From the NCBI GenBank assembly GCA_951406725.2, contig OX597828.1, positions 55,800,001 to 55,864,000 on the forward strand: DNA of 64,000 nt. The letters are read 5' to 3'. Of the stretch, positions 1 through 15,117 are shown in pieces. This stretch comes from Octopus vulgaris. Taxonomy: Eukaryota. Below the pieces are notes generated by a model, which saw only the letters and a list, made by a program, of their open reading frames with translations, was not told the DNA's origin and searched no databases. Each line of letters opens with the position of its first letter. Position 1 is the stretch's first letter. A program made the translations under genes and the position numbers.

Positions 1-2219
1 AGTACCGTTCGAACACGATCGGAGATTTCAAGTTTATAATCGTTTCTTGGGCAAACCGCTCCTAAGGATATCCTTAACATTTTCTGGGCTAGAAATATGC
101 TGACACTTATAGCGAGAACAAAATTTAAGAAATATTTTCTTCTGAAAATTGTTTACTACTTAAACAATGTTTTATCAGCACATGCCTTTCAAAACTATTA
201 TTCGCTATTGCCATATACCAGATCGAACTGGCGGATTCCTTGCTTTACTGCAACGAGGATCATAGTTATTCATCAGAAAAAATTTTTTTATATCACAATG
301 GACTATCCTGTGAATAAATTAGATATTATAAATGAAAGAGTAGACAGACCTTTACCGATTCTCTGCAGCTATGTTGCATGCAGTGCTTCAGTCAATATCT
401 GCAATTTACATTCACAGCTATTACAAACTACGCAATCTCCGATAAGTTGCATGTAATTAATGACAGGTTGTGTCCAGTTTTAATAATGCTAGTGTGTTGA
501 TTAATGAGACAGAAAAAATGTTCACGAATCAAGAGACATTTACCTATAATAACCAAAAGAAATTATCACACTTTACAAGCTTATTGGAATTTAGTTGAGA
601 GAAAGCATTTACTATGTTTGATAATGAACTAAATTCATATCAGCAAAGAAGCAATAATGAGGTGATAAATGTTAAGTTGGATGGTGTGCTTGTTTAACAA
701 TAAATCAGTGTTACTGGATACAAGGTATATCCAGATATAACGTGAAGTCGGTTGCGGACGTGGTGTCTTGAATACAACGCATTAATGACATTCGGTAGAT
801 ATGTGACCGGTAAGTAAAGCTAGTCTGTAGGGAGATTACATGCGAATAATATTGAAATTGTAATTGCAACTGGAGTAAGTGTGGCTGTAAGTTGTTACAT
901 TTGACTGAAGCACTGTACGTGCAGCCGTACATTGTAATTTGTAATAGACAATGAAACCGCAATGATTGTCGTTGTAAATTTCTGCATGATATCTAACGGT
1001 TTGCATGCAGCCGTTTCAAGGATGTGTAATTTGTAATAGTTGTTCAATCTGCTGTGGTCGTATGTTGTTTTTAAATCTGCACAAAGAACGATATCTGTAG
1101 AGAAGTAATAAGGCTCAGTTGACTGTTTTCTTTATAATCTTTGAAGTCTTAATGAAATCAAGCCATATCTGTTAAAGAGCCAACAACTCCATTATGGTAG
1201 AAACAAGCAATCTGACGGATTATTGTTGAAATAAGATACATTTTAAATACACTGTAACAGACGTAATACACCAGCAATGAAAATATGATTTTATGTTGGA
1301 ATCTACATCCAGTCTTTTGTTACTTTTATATGTAATGACTTTGGAGTAAAATCCTAAACCAGAATGTAAGTAGGGTAAACTGTTAAATGACTCAGTCTAT
1401 CCAATTCTTAATAGGTGTCGTAGACCAGAAACAACTTGACATTGTAAATAAGAGTCGCCCTGCAGAAAAGTTAGTGGTTGGTTAGTTTGCAGTCCCAAGA
1501 TTATCGCTTATCTTTGGATTAACTGTATAAGATGTAGGTTTCACGTTGTGCATAGGGCAGGGTATCACAAGAACACGGGGTATTATTGATGTACTTTCAC
1601 CCAATGTAAGAAATGAGTCGAGACAATGGGTTTAGGAAAAGGATTTCTTCCAAATATAATTAAAAGCAGTACCAAATTCAGCGAATGAGAATATGTTAGA
1701 TTTGATTGATATTGAAAGTTAGATTATTTGCATCGGCAGAGCAATTATGTAAACGTTGACAACAGAAGATTTTCTAAGTACATAACAAATTTTCATTTCA
1801 TTTAATTTACTGAAGAGTCGGTCGACTCGGTAGGATCGATTATTTTCGTATCAATACTCAAGAAAGAACTGAGCCACCGAACGCTTAAAAGCTACAGAAA
1901 AAACTAGTTTAGATTTTAGTACTTTTTTTTCACAACGTTTAACTTCATCTCTTTCGTGTACCTACCACACTGCCTTCCTAACTTTAGAATTATGTAGTTA
2001 GAACCTTTGAGAGTCAAGCCTTTTCTCCTTGACCTCACCATGATTCTGGTTACAGGATATAAACTTCCTAAACCAGAATGCTACTGAGTTGATTTTCTGT
2101 GAGTTACAGAGAAGCATATGAATATCTCAATTTGCTCGTTAAGTATTTATGTTTATGAATTGGCATGAATCGTACATTGTGTAACACGAGATTAGTTTAT
2201 TATTTTCTAGACTAAAGGT

Positions 2220-2519
2220 ATTTATTGTATTCCTTCTCGAGCCATGCCTGGCTCATAATGGCCGATTTCTAGGTTTCCTTGGCGTCCCCACATGGACGGG
2301 ACGCCGGTCTGTCGCAGGTGAGCTGCAAGATGCAGGAGGAAAGAGTGAGAGAAAGTTGTGGCGAAAGAGTCAGCAGAAGTTCGCCATTACTTTCTGCCGG
2401 TGCCGCGTAGAGCTTAGGTGTTTCGCTCATAAACACACACATCACCCGGTCTGAGATTCGAACCCGCGATCCCTCGACCGCGAATCCGCTGCTCTAACCA
2501 CTAGGCTATGTGCTTCCAC
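2220..2519 (-). mobile_element. tRNA-derived SINE, family B (GGAGGC-head), tail type 1, with 11-bp TSD
   Basis: Minus strand has A box (AGCCTAGTGG) and B box (GGTTCGAATC). Near-identical to 26673-26977. Flanking direct repeat AGACTAAAGGT at 2209-2219 and 2520-2530. Confidence 0.88.
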
Positions 2520-2525
2520 AGACTA

Positions 2526-2713
2526 AAGGTGGTGATCTGGCAGAGTCCTTACCGCGCGGACATGGTTTATGTTCAGTTTCCAAATAACGCCGACGTCAAC
2601 TTTGCTTTTCATCACATCGATAAATTACTGCTAGTAGAACACCAGGCCCGATGAAATCAACTAAACCTTTCTCACCCTCGAAACAGCTGGCCTTGTGACA
2701 AAATTTCAAACCA
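2526..2713 (+). mobile_element. SINE family C (GGCGGYGAGCTGGCAGAATCGTTA...GTCGACTTTGCCTTTCATCC...), degenerate
   Basis: Shares head, core and GGCCTTGTGNCAAAATTT tail with the copies at 20858, 29520, 50225 and 58180-58775. Confidence 0.7.
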
Positions 2714-4157
2714 CTGAGTAAACTATGACGAAATATAATGACATTAAAGTTAGTTGATAGAGATTTGTAGCTGTTATATCTTTCTCAAAACAGCGCAAAT
2801 GAAATTACAATACCAGAAATAGCAAAAGGGAAACATGTTAAACTGGATTGCGCAAGGATATAATTTATTACTCTTCTCTTTTACTATGGTGAAATAGATG
2901 GTACAATATTCAAATTGAAGTGGGATAAAAGGGGTGAGTGATTAGGTTTAATATTCGGTGAACCAGTTCACGCACCATTAAATGGGAATCATGGATACAT
3001 ATATCGTCTTCACGTTTTGAATGCTTACAAATCCAGTATCATCTGCAAGTATGTGTTATATACGCTGTACTTTAGAGTCGCGTATGCACCATTGGAAGAT
3101 GGTGAAAAACTGGTCGTAAAACGAGAATAGAAGTCGTGATCAAATAAATGAAGTGTTACAATATTGGAAAGAAAAGAAATCTAACTGAAGGAAAACATAA
3201 GAGTAAATAAAAAAGTAGCACTATAAGCAATAAGAACAAAATGAAAATATTCCTCTGAATAAATTGATTTATCATCTTGAAGTTAACTGCGTTCCGATAA
3301 ATTGTTTTGTTCTTGGTTTTTTATGGTTCGGACAAATGCAAGTTTATTTTAATTCAACATTTGTTCAGTCTCTGATTCTTCGTAATAATACGTAATATAT
3401 TCTCTTTCGCTCTCCTTATCTCTCTTTCCCTCGTTAACATCCCTCTTAACACACTCATGTTTCTTGCCTGATCTCCATAATCGTCGCAAGAATAATATTG
3501 ATAATGATATCAATGAATCCTTATGTAAATATTTGATTTAGTGTTGGTCAATATCGAAAACATATTTTACTGAGAGACAACAGATCTGAAGCATTTAAGC
3601 TATAGCATCCTATGATTCTTCCTATCCACGCTGGAATCAAATGTTGTCTCCATTATATTCATGAGGTTTTAAAAATGTCAGCCGCATCAGGATTTTATTG
3701 ACCGACGCAACAGCTGTGCGATCGACGCCATCTAATTCTAGATAAAGACAACATTCTTTTTCGCCATTGCATCGCTACTCTTTAAACAAATGAGAATTAT
3801 AAAGGAAAGAAATCAAGCACAACTATTTTATTCTGCTCTGCTGGACCGTAATGAATCCTAGTTCAATCAAATTCCTTGTTACCAATGCTGAATCAACAAA
3901 TCTAATAGATTCTGCTACGTTAAAACCGAAAGATACATGGAAAATAATTTCGAATGGACAAAAAATTTACTTCCCTTTATAATGATAGATGACATAGATT
4001 TCTGTTTGAATTTTTAATACTTATATTGAACACTTTTCTTCTAAATTCTTTCTTTCTTTTATTCTTTTAACCTCGCTTTATCGATTTCTTCCTCCGTTTC
4101 AATATTATTCTCTCTATATTTCTATATACGGAAATGTTTATAGAACATCAAATCCAT

Positions 4158-4491
<334 letters not shown>

Positions 4492-5149
4492 TTTGATAAT
4501 AAAGCGATAACGTTCTTTATTATTATAGGTAAGAGCAGCTTACAGGAGGAGGCATCTAAAAGCAAATTAATGCGCCATATTGAAAGATATCTAAATATGA
4601 TAAAATGGATCATATTCGTTCTCCGAACCTGTCGTCTATAATCGTTCTTAGAAATCTACCAATTATCGAATGCTTTTGTATGCAGACGGGAAAGAATGTC
4701 AGAACCAATAACGTACCGAGACATCTGAAATATTAAAAAATACAATAACATTTTATTTCCTATCATCTCTCCACCCCACAAAAGAGTAATAAGTATAGGC
4801 ATATACAAGAATCCTCGAATAATCTGCAGCAACATTAGAAATTTAATTGAAAATTATTATGCGGAATAGTGTCGTTAGAGAAAATACTTGAACAAATGTG
4901 CCCGAGTTATAGGGCAAATGAATTTTCGTTGGGGAGCAAGGGGAGGGAGGGTTCTCGAAAAGCGATAAGAAATGAGGTTTTAGAGCAATAATATATACAA
5001 TGACAAGTGTACAGCTAATGCAATACGCCACTTGGTGTCTGCATCTGGTGATACAGCACCTGAGTTAAATTTCTCATTTAATGTTAGCCCCACATAAAAA
5101 TAAAAATATAGTCACACGTACATACATACATACATATTAACATACACAC

Positions 5150-5556
5150 ATATGAGGAATCAGCAGTTACTCTATCCAGATTACAAGTTATTGGGTGCCT
5201 GGGATATGTAGCACAGTGCCTAAATGCCAATCTTGAGGAATTAGGCTCCGCAAACCAAAAGAAAGCTAATTCGAAGGTTACAGGTCCAATCCATCACTGG
5301 AACTCTAAAAATATGTAAACCTTACCAGACGTTTATCATGGGAATATATATGAGCATGTGTAGTCATGCAACTATATTCATGAAAATACATACATAAAGT
5401 AAAACATACAAATCTGCACATATACATACATACATACATAATACATACTTACATACATACAAGCAAAAATACCCTGCTGTTGATGTTCATTCTATGATAG
5501 AAGACGACTCTTTCTCTATTGGCAAGAAATCTTGAAATAAAACTGAAAAATGGCAT
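5150..5556 (+). mobile_element. 3' fragment of an R4/Dong-like RLE non-LTR retrotransposon
   Basis: Frameshifted RNQQLLYPDYK...LGYV...LIRRLQVQSITGTLKICK matches the C-terminus at 13841-14077 (-). The 3' UTR CTCTTTCTCTATTGGCAAGAAATCTTGAAATA is the reverse complement of ~13662-13693. Confidence 0.75.
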
Positions 5557-6244
5557 CTGTTATATAAAATAGAAATGTGTACATATTCACTTTTAATGCG
5601 AAAACGGCTTCACTAATCACTTCCATATTTCTAATGCATGAATAATTTGACCGCGGACATATAATAGGGTTTTCATTTGATTTTTAATTGAAATTTTTAA
5701 AATATGAAAAAATTTGCTTATTACATTACATTCACGTCTTTCAAAGATTTTAAAATATTTACTTCTGGTTTTCTATCGTCAGTGAGATAACATATCTCTT
5801 TATCTATATCTCTCTATCTATCTCTATCTCTCTGTAACATCTCTCTCTATCTATATCTCTTGTTTTCACATTCAATTTCCATACGCCATTGTTGCACCTT
5901 TATGTTATTGTTTTCACTTTAAGTCTAAGTTTTGGATCGCTGCTTTCAAACAAACAACAAATTACTGACAGAAAGAAGTTCTCAATTACTGATGTAAGTA
6001 GTTTCATAATTTACCGACAGAAGTATCTTCGGTAATTTCACTTCAATCTATACGGTTTCGTGCTTTTCTGTTGCCGACAGTTTCTTTCTGGCTCCTTCCA
6101 TACGGGCTCTTTGGTTTACTGAGTGACAAATTTCGCTTCAACCCGTAAAATACTTTATTTTCAGCTAAAATCTTTTATTTACTTTCTGTCCGTCATATTA
6201 AGAAACATAATTTCCGTTACCAAGTTATTTCACTGTATACGCTC

Positions 6245-6950
6245 CTCTGCACTATAAAATTTCTGTATACACGATATAACCATGTGTAGAAAGAAAATTT
6301 TAAGTTTGTCAGTATAACTACAGATTTCTGTAGCCCCCACCCACCACCACCAAATTTCAGTGATCATAACTTTCAGAAAAATGGATATTTTAAAATAAGA
6401 CTTTCAGCGAATATGTGTTATAGCAAGTCCATGTCGAACATGTGTATGCGGGGAAGTGTTTATTTCCATTGCTTAGTATCTTCTACACTCGTGTATTTTT
6501 GCATACATATAATACTAATATGTGTTAGATCATGTCCATTTCGAATATATACAACTTTGTGGGGTAAGTGTATATTTCCATCGTTTACTATCTTCTACAC
6601 TCGTGCATTCCTGCATACATATATAACCCTGCGTAGAAAGATAATGTCAAATTTGTCTGCATAGCTACACATTTCTGTCGCCACCACCAAATTCCGATAA
6701 TCATAACTTTCAGAAAAATGTTTATATTTTTAATAAGATTTCCTACGAATATGTGTTATATAATGTCCATTTCGAATATATACAATTTGGGGGGGGGGGT
6801 AAATATTTTATGAGGTGGGTGGGAATTTCTGAAAATTCAGCGGAGTCTACTTCAATTCGTCTTCAATTTCAAGAAAATGGTTATTTTTTTAATGAAATTC
6901 TCTACAAATACACCTTGGAATATTATTACATTACATTCAATTCTTTGGAA
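6245..6950. repeat. Degenerate complex direct repeats (nested ~105-bp and ~335-bp periods)
   Basis: CCACCACCAAATT..GAT.ATCATAACTTTCAGAAAAATG at ~6344 and ~6681, with a weaker third copy near 6865. TATCTTCTACACTCGTG at 6477 and 6589. Confidence 0.75.
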
Positions 6951-7188
6951 AAGGTTTCTCAATGTCTGCTTCCAGTATTGACATAAAAACGGCGAAGTCT
7001 GTCCTTGTCTACTTTTCAATGTTTTCTTCTCAAGATTTAATTCGCTGTTTGTAAACAACTACGATAAATTACTAAAAGAAGTATTTGCTATGTACACAAA
7101 TTTAAATATTCAGTACAAGATAGTTTTCAACGTGCTTCTATTTATACGAATTTTTCATTCCACGTCCATCTCATTCATTGTTTGCAAA

Positions 7189-7250
<62 letters not shown>

Positions 7251-7619
7251 ATACTCCACGTTTGATTTCTTTATTACACAAATATCATTTTAAAATTTTG
7301 TAATTCAACAAAAAAAATATGAGCATATTTCGCTTGGACTCGCATACTTCGTTAATTTACGTAAAATATTTTTCTTTATTTTCTACTGAATCACACATGC
7401 ACACGTGCGTGTTTTTGTATGTACGCTTGTATATATATTTATAAATGGTGTGTGCGTCTGTGTGTGTGTGAGTGAGTGAAGGGGTGTGTTGTCATGCATT
7501 CGTACATACATATGAACACATCTTTTTTGAATGTATGTGTGTGTGCGAGAAAGAGAGAGTGTGTGAGAGAGAGAGAGAGAGTGATGTTAAAGTGTGTTCC
7601 TGCGATGTTCTACAGTCGT

Positions 7620-7668
<49 letters not shown>

Positions 7669-7672
<4 letters not shown>

Positions 7673-7976
7673 CGTGATCGCCGTGACCGACCAGACTATC
7701 AGATGTTGCTACACATCGCTGGTCACAATGCGCTTCGCATTGTTTTAGCCTTCAAGTGACGCCACCCCGCTGGCTAAGCGAACAGGCCAACAGAAGAAAG
7801 AGTGAGAGAAAGTTGTGGTGAAAGAGTACAGCAGGGACCGCTACCAACCCCTGCCGGAGCCTCGTGGAGATTTAGGTGTTTTCGCTCAATAAACACTCAC
7901 AACGCCCAGTCTGGGAATCGAAACTGCGAACCTACGACTGCGAATCAGCTGCCCTAACCACTGGGCCATTGCGCCT

Positions 7977-7978
<2 letters not shown>
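7669..7978 (-). mobile_element. tRNA-derived SINE family B, tail type 2
   Basis: Head GGAGGCGCAATGGCCCAGTGGTTAGGGCAGC... shared with 17781-18087. 3' part (GTGGCGTCACTTGAAGGCTAAAACAATGCG...ATCACGGTGA) is unlike the other copies. Sits between (TA)n and (CA)n. Confidence 0.85.
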
Positions 7979-8014
<36 letters not shown>

Positions 8015-8870
8015 ATATATATATATATAAATGTATATATATCGTTTGGGTATGGTATGTGAGTTCAGCAAAAATTTAGATTCAAATGAAAATGGTATTA
8101 CGTTGAGGCACCAGAATTTAGTACGGTTTGATCCGTACAATTTCAAAATAAGGGGATTAGAATCAAAATAAGCAACAAGGATATCCAGAGGTAATGCAGT
8201 ACGATCGTTTCACGTAACTCCATTACATCAATTTAAATGCAGAACTCTGTATTTAAATTTAGATAGGAACTAAAGGTATGTTTCTGCCAATGTTTGCAAT
8301 GATAAACGCGTTCTATAAACGTGCTTACAAGGGGTTTCTTTGAGAATAGAATATAAAACATCGCAATATTACTAAGCGACCAGAAATGTTCACCTTCAGC
8401 AAACGGTAAAGAAATAGGGAGAATATTCCATTCCAAATTAAATTGTTTATTATGATACAAGGCTTTACTAAGCTCTGTATTGTTACGTTAATTGATATGC
8501 CTAAATGCAGAGTAATGATTAGATATTCTCTTGGACAACGGAGATAAAGAACTGCCAATATATATATAAAAAAGACGTCAGAACCGGAAGTAATTTAACA
8601 TTGGTAAATAGAGTTTTTAATCTTAGAATTACTGCTAAGAAAACAAATGCGATTAGAGTTGACTTCAGAAATGATAACCCCGCTGTTACTTACTATTATT
8701 CAAGGAATTCTTAGTAGTCCAAACATTTCACCATAAACTGGAGTTTCTACCTTTACAAATAGGTTGTTACATCCTTGTTACTTGTGTGATTTTTTGCTAC
8801 CCTGGTAACTCTTTATTTTTCCGTGTTATTTATAAACACCGGGAAAAACACACATACATTTATATATACA

Positions 8871-8917
<47 letters not shown>

Positions 8918-10433
8918 GTAAATATGCGCGTGCGTGTGTGTACATACTTGCATAAAACATACATATATTCACGCATACAAACATACATTAATACATACAT
9001 ACATACATACATACATACATACATACATGCATACATGCATACATGCGCAATGCTTGTCGACACTGTATTGGCTTCCCATCAAAAATGCATTTTACTCTTT
9101 TATAGAGCAGATTCCATATTATGCTACTCATCTGGATGACATTTGAGTGCATATATATTTCAAGAAAATTGGAAAGTAGGCATTTTATTGTCGCTAAACA
9201 CCATATTTCTTCTAGTAAATAGAGTTTGAATTTTCCGCAACAAAAACTAAAATATACCTCAAGTTGAAATATAATATTTTGGGAGCAGACTATAAACCGA
9301 AATGTAATTTGAGATAGTGCAAGTAGAAATTTAATACGTAAGGATTATTTTAAATGATTTAAAAAATGTTTTATTCTTTGTTGAAATAAAGAACATAAAG
9401 TTAATTCTGAAGTTTAGAGCCGTGTATAGTTTTGGTTGCGTAGTGATAATATATTATGCATTTCTCTTCCATTATGTTGTTAACATATTTAACTATATAA
9501 ATACCATTCATGTCTTTGCTCTATGAAACGCCATATATCTGGAATTATTTGAAGAATCCTGGAGCTAGGAATCCAACCACCTTATTTCTAGCAAGAGCAT
9601 AGTAAATGAGATTCAAACTACTCTAAACACTAAGTTTCGGACATCACATAATTAATAAATTAATAGCAATATACAATGATTAATTACAGATGTTTATTTG
9701 AAACATAAGAGGTTGAGAAGAAAGTATCATCATGTGAATTTTCCTTGAAATATTTTTGACACTTGGTTCAAAATCAAGAATAAATTAGACATGCATTTCT
9801 ATCATTTGAAGTGTTTTTAAAATTTCCTCTTATATATTGCTTCATGCTAAGAACCTTGAATAGAAATATTATTCTAATTTACAGTTCTTAACAGCGTTCC
9901 TTTTCTAAAGGGATGGAAGTCGAAAACTAATAAACTATAAAATAATATAATGAATACTAGTAATTCGTTGCTTTTGATATCATCTATTATATGTCTCCTT
10001 TCTTTTGATCTCATTTCTATATTTCATTACTGTTTACTAGACCTGTGTATTGGAGATGATGCATTTTCACGGACTGAGTCTTGCTTCATCGGCTTTGGTA
10101 CCGAACCCGTCTCAACGTCAGTCAATTGCTCTCAACGATGCAAGATGACGCAGACGTCTCCATATGGTAGTTCATAGGACATAGTTTTACATATAAATCT
10201 TTCACTGTTCCATAGTTTGTATTATCAATCTGGTAATAGAAATAAAAACTAAAGAATTATTTCTCGCATATTTTGAAGAGATTAACGCGATTCTTTCATC
10301 TATGTTTCAATTGCCCCTGTTTAACTGAATCTCCTTTAGACAATTGCGCCATTTTAAAATTTTAATTTGCCTGATAATATGTTGAAGCAACATTTTAGGC
10401 CATTTGACTTTCTGTATGATTTTTCTACCTCCA

Positions 10434-10484
<51 letters not shown>

Positions 10485-13400
10485 CTGAATGTGACCTGGA
10501 GTAGAGATGGTATGTCATTGATGATGTGAGTGTCAACAAACATGATTAGCTGATTAATTACTCGAATGTGTAATCAAGGAAGCAATTAATTAGTTTGTTA
10601 ACTAGTTAACCAATTTACAAATAATGAAGAAGTGAAATAGAACCACTGTGAACGATTGATATAAATTGATGTCATTAATAAAACCATGCTACATGTTATA
10701 TCGGAACAAAAATGCCTCAGTTTCTTTATAATGTCAGCCTTGTATGTTTCACGGACACCGCACCAATAACACTGCCTCTTACTATCCCATATACTTAGCC
10801 AAAATTCTTGTTGTTGACATCTTTGCACAACCCATTACTTAGGGCTGGGTATACGCCGGTCAGTTGATGAACCTTTGAGTCTGTATAAATTTTTATTGCA
10901 TTATATGATTTTTACGTGCACACGTAAATGCATACGTATCCACGAAAAATATGTGTTGGAGCATCTGTAGTCTAATGAACTCTATGCAGTAGATATTGTT
11001 GAACACATTGCTCTATTTCCGAGGAAAGGCTCATGATGTACGTATTTCCATTCTATATACACTCTCACAAACTACTTGGAATGGTCTTGAACAGTGGAGC
11101 AAGATTTCTCAAGTCTCCGGGATACGCCTCCAATGCTTTGACGCAAATCCCCTTCAATTGCTGTATGCTTGTAATCAACACTACATTTCTGTAATTATAA
11201 TATATTTCTGCGGATTAGCAAAGTGCGTTGAAAAGTTATCATTTGTTGGGTGCATGCAAGAAGCATATTAATTCGATAAAAGTTTCCTCAGCGTAGCATA
11301 GGAAGCAAGATAACATAATTGAAATAAACTTGGAGAGATAATTCTAACAAATGACATTCAAAAACAACGCAGCGTTCGCTCTCTGGAAAATTTATATTTT
11401 TGCTGTATAAAATATTCTGAAATTGAAATTATTCTGTCGCACTCACTCACGATACTTATATGTAACGTAAATGCTGACTGGTGTTCTGTTCTGGATGTAA
11501 ATAATCTGAGTGTATCCACAGAGTGATGTTGGTGGTAGGATTAGTGTAGCCACAATATGGATGCTGCTCATTCGATTATTTCAGCTAGGTGAAAGAGATC
11601 GAGAGAGATTGAAAGAGAGGGCATGCAAGAATGATGAATGCTGGGAGAATGTTCTATGTATTTTTGAAATTGTTTTTAGTGAAATACCAAAAGCCAAGAA
11701 TGTAACCTGTCGTCGTTGACTTCGTTCATCGAAATCTGAACAACAAATCTATAAAGCTTGTCATATAGAAACGTTAATAACATATGCAACACTATTAATG
11801 TATCATATAATGCAGAAAGATTTGCTGTTCAAAGAAATCTCAAAAGCAAGCCTTAACAGTTTTTATGCAAAGAAAAGTGAAAATGTTAACGAAATTGAGG
11901 TAATCGAGAATCAATATTAATCTTAGAAATGAACCCAAAGCTTTAGGCAAGTGCACTAAAATCCTTGGAAAGTAGAATGCATAACGTCCATTGTAAAGTA
12001 CGAAATCATGACCAGGAAGTCACAAATTTGATAGCTGTTCTCTGCAGTTATACACGCATGCAAAGAGCGGATGTAAAAAAAAGAAAATGTACCGCTATTT
12101 TTCTTACATGAAAGTAATTCAAATTAAGATGTATGCGCCTGAAACTTAATCCTTTATTCTGTACAAAATTTCCTGATAAGTATGATATAGAATACATTGA
12201 GAGGTAATGAAATGGATGCCGGTAATATTGGCGGAATTTTAATGTGACAAGCAGTGAAAAGTGCCTGAGCTAGGATCGATAGCATCATATTAAATTTCAT
12301 ATATATATTTACACATAAGATTTTATAAGTTGTTTTATTAATGCATCTTTTTTGCGGGAAACTGATAGCCTTGTTGTTGTTGTTGTCAAACAACTTTTTA
12401 CTTTTAAGTTTTCTACATTCATATTTTTTAAAAAAATTCCCTTTGATTCGACAAGAACATAGCAACTTATCTTTTTCCTAGCTCAAAGCATATTATATTG
12501 TTTGCGCCATTTTGAATATTTTACCATGTATGATTTTCTCGTTCTCCAAGAAAATATGCATGTATATGTTTCATGGAGAAGAATGTGACATGTTGGCTAT
12601 TTTGTAATCGAAATGGATTTTAGAAAGAAGAGTAGAAACGAGGGGAAAACAATAAATAACGGGTTAAAACAGAAATCTATTTCGCCTACGACGTACGCCA
12701 TTTTAAGATATATTCAATTGTTATTGTGCTACAAAGCATATGGCAAAGATAGTGTGTAATTAGTTATTATAGATAACATGAAGTTATCCCGAATAATAGG
12801 ATAGCGGTAAATTGAAATATTTCAAGAAAACTATACAAAACGCTACAAAAATCAACCACGAGTGTATATTTATCTCGTAATCCGATATTTAGTTATATAG
12901 ATTAAATCAAATATACAGCATTGATACATTGTTCCCCGCATAAAACTCACATAAAAAATACAAAAATTTACAATTTCGTTAGACTTATGTATGTAAGTAA
13001 TATGTGTATACATATACATGCACACACTAACACACATACATGCACATACACATAACACTCTTCTACATATATGTGCATTCGTGCCCGTATATATGGCCTC
13101 CGATATAAATAAATCCTAAGTTCTTATAGAAATGGCTTGACAATTTAATGTTTTTATGTGTTTACTAGCTATATAATAGATGTAAGATAAAATATGGTTT
13201 AAAGTATGGTCACCGATTAAAATACAAAGTATATACGTTTGCATAGTACATGAATTTTGTATTAGTCATAATGGCGAGCAATCCATTGGTGTTAAACAAA
13301 CTAATAGACATTTGCTCACGAATAGGTATATGTATATATCTATATTCTGTGTAAACTAAGCAATGCAGTGTATTGTTTTTAACGTGGCCACCGATGATCA

Positions 13401-13629
13401 CAAGTTTTGAAACTTAAAATAATGCATCCCCCAATAACTGGCTCCAACGGCAATATTACCAACGAATACGTATGTTTATTTGAACGATTTTTTAATACAT
13501 TCTCATCCATTTCTCTCATAGATTTCTCATCCACTTCTAAATTAACAGTTCATTTCAAATCTCTCTTTCGTAAACTTTCAAATAATATTTTCGCTTACAT
13601 TTCACAATGAGTTGTCCACCTGCAAGATG

Positions 13630-14355
13630 CATTTATATGTATGTATGCCATTATTCAGTATATTTCAAGATTTCTTGCCAATAGAGAAAGAGCCGGTTTC
13701 TAACTTAGATCCAAGGCTCCTTTATTGGAATTTCAACATCAACAACAGGATATGCATGTATCTATGTATATGCAAATTTGTATGTTTTATGTATGTATTC
13801 TCATGAATATATTTGCATATCTAAACATGCTCATTTATATTTAAATGATAAACTTTTGGAAACTTTTACAGATTTTTATAAACCTGAACTTGTAAACTGG
13901 ATAGAGTAACTGCAGATTTCTCAATAGTTCAACGTAGGTGTTTTGTTTTTCACTGATCTTCAGCTTTATGTTAACATCCGATGGGTAGCTAATTTCCACA
14001 ACTGTATACAGTTTCTCTTCTCTATCATAAATCCTCATATCAGGTCTGTTGTGCTTACACTTTATTGAGGCCTTCACTGGTCCATTCCACCAGTATTCCT
14101 TTTTTTATTAGTGGCTATGGCTTCTACCATATTGTGAGTTCTTATTTCTTTGTCTTCAGGATTATCCTTCCGATGGATTTCATTATAGAGTGCCCTACCC
14201 TCAACGTCATGTCTCATCGTAGATATACCGTGATGACACTTTCGGATAACTGCTTATGATATGGGTGATATCTTCAGAGCGAACTCCACAGAGTCTGTAT
14301 CGGTTGTCACACTTTACGGCTTTACCTGCATCTCTATCCCTTTTAAGCATCAGTC
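13630..14355 (-). mobile_element. R4/Dong-like RLE non-LTR retrotransposon, 3' relic
   Basis: Zn-knuckle-like RLCGVRSEDITHIISS followed by the restriction-like endonuclease motif KHNRPD...VVEISYPSD.N...K..EK...Y, then the 3' UTR. Stops and frameshifts present. Confidence 0.85.
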
Positions 14356-14741
14356 AACAGAGATCAGAGACTAGATAATGTCATATATTGACCTATAGAT
14401 AGAAGGCGGTGTGTGCACTTAAAAGGATCATTAGTGTCTGCTTATTTGTGCGTAGAAAACAAATTATACACAGAATGTATATTTAAATTTACTTGTTTTT
14501 ATTGTCGTTATTGACCACATTGTGACATCAATGACTATAGAATGTTTGGCCTCACTGTGTGTTGCGTTCCTAGTTATTAACCGAAATTACTTCTACTCCA
14601 AACATTCGCCAAACCCAAATGAGATCTCGTAGACGAAAACATAAATAAACAAATAAATAAGAAAAATCGATGCCAGGATGTGAGCAAGAAAACACAAATA
14701 CTGGTTATATATATATGTACAATATATATGCATATAATGCA

Positions 14742-14783
<42 letters not shown>

Positions 14784-15049
14784 GTGTGTGTGTGTGTGTG
14801 TGTGTATATACATATGTATATATATATGCATATAATGCAATGTACTATATATACATAAATATATAATACATAGTTTCATCGTAACTTGAATTTATACATA
14901 CATACATACATATATATATTTATATAAATATGCATATGATATAATGTAATATATATGCACATATATATGTATATATACACATATATATGCATACATATAT
15001 GTATGTATATATATATATATATATAAACATATATATATATGCATATACT

Positions 15050-15117
<68 letters not shown>

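Noticed and set aside
796-815. Strong phase-2 donor GACCG|gtaagt as the possible missing first VGLUT coding exon
   Set aside because: In-frame TAG at 796-798, with no ATG between it and the donor.
10598-10828. 76-aa Cys-containing minus ORF
   Set aside because: No recognisable domain. Possibly a decayed RLE C-terminus but unsupported.
11865-11905. ATG...MQRKVKMLTKL(R)|gtaatc as a candidate first exon
   Set aside because: The phase fits but the donor is weak and there is no independent support; needs cDNA evidence.
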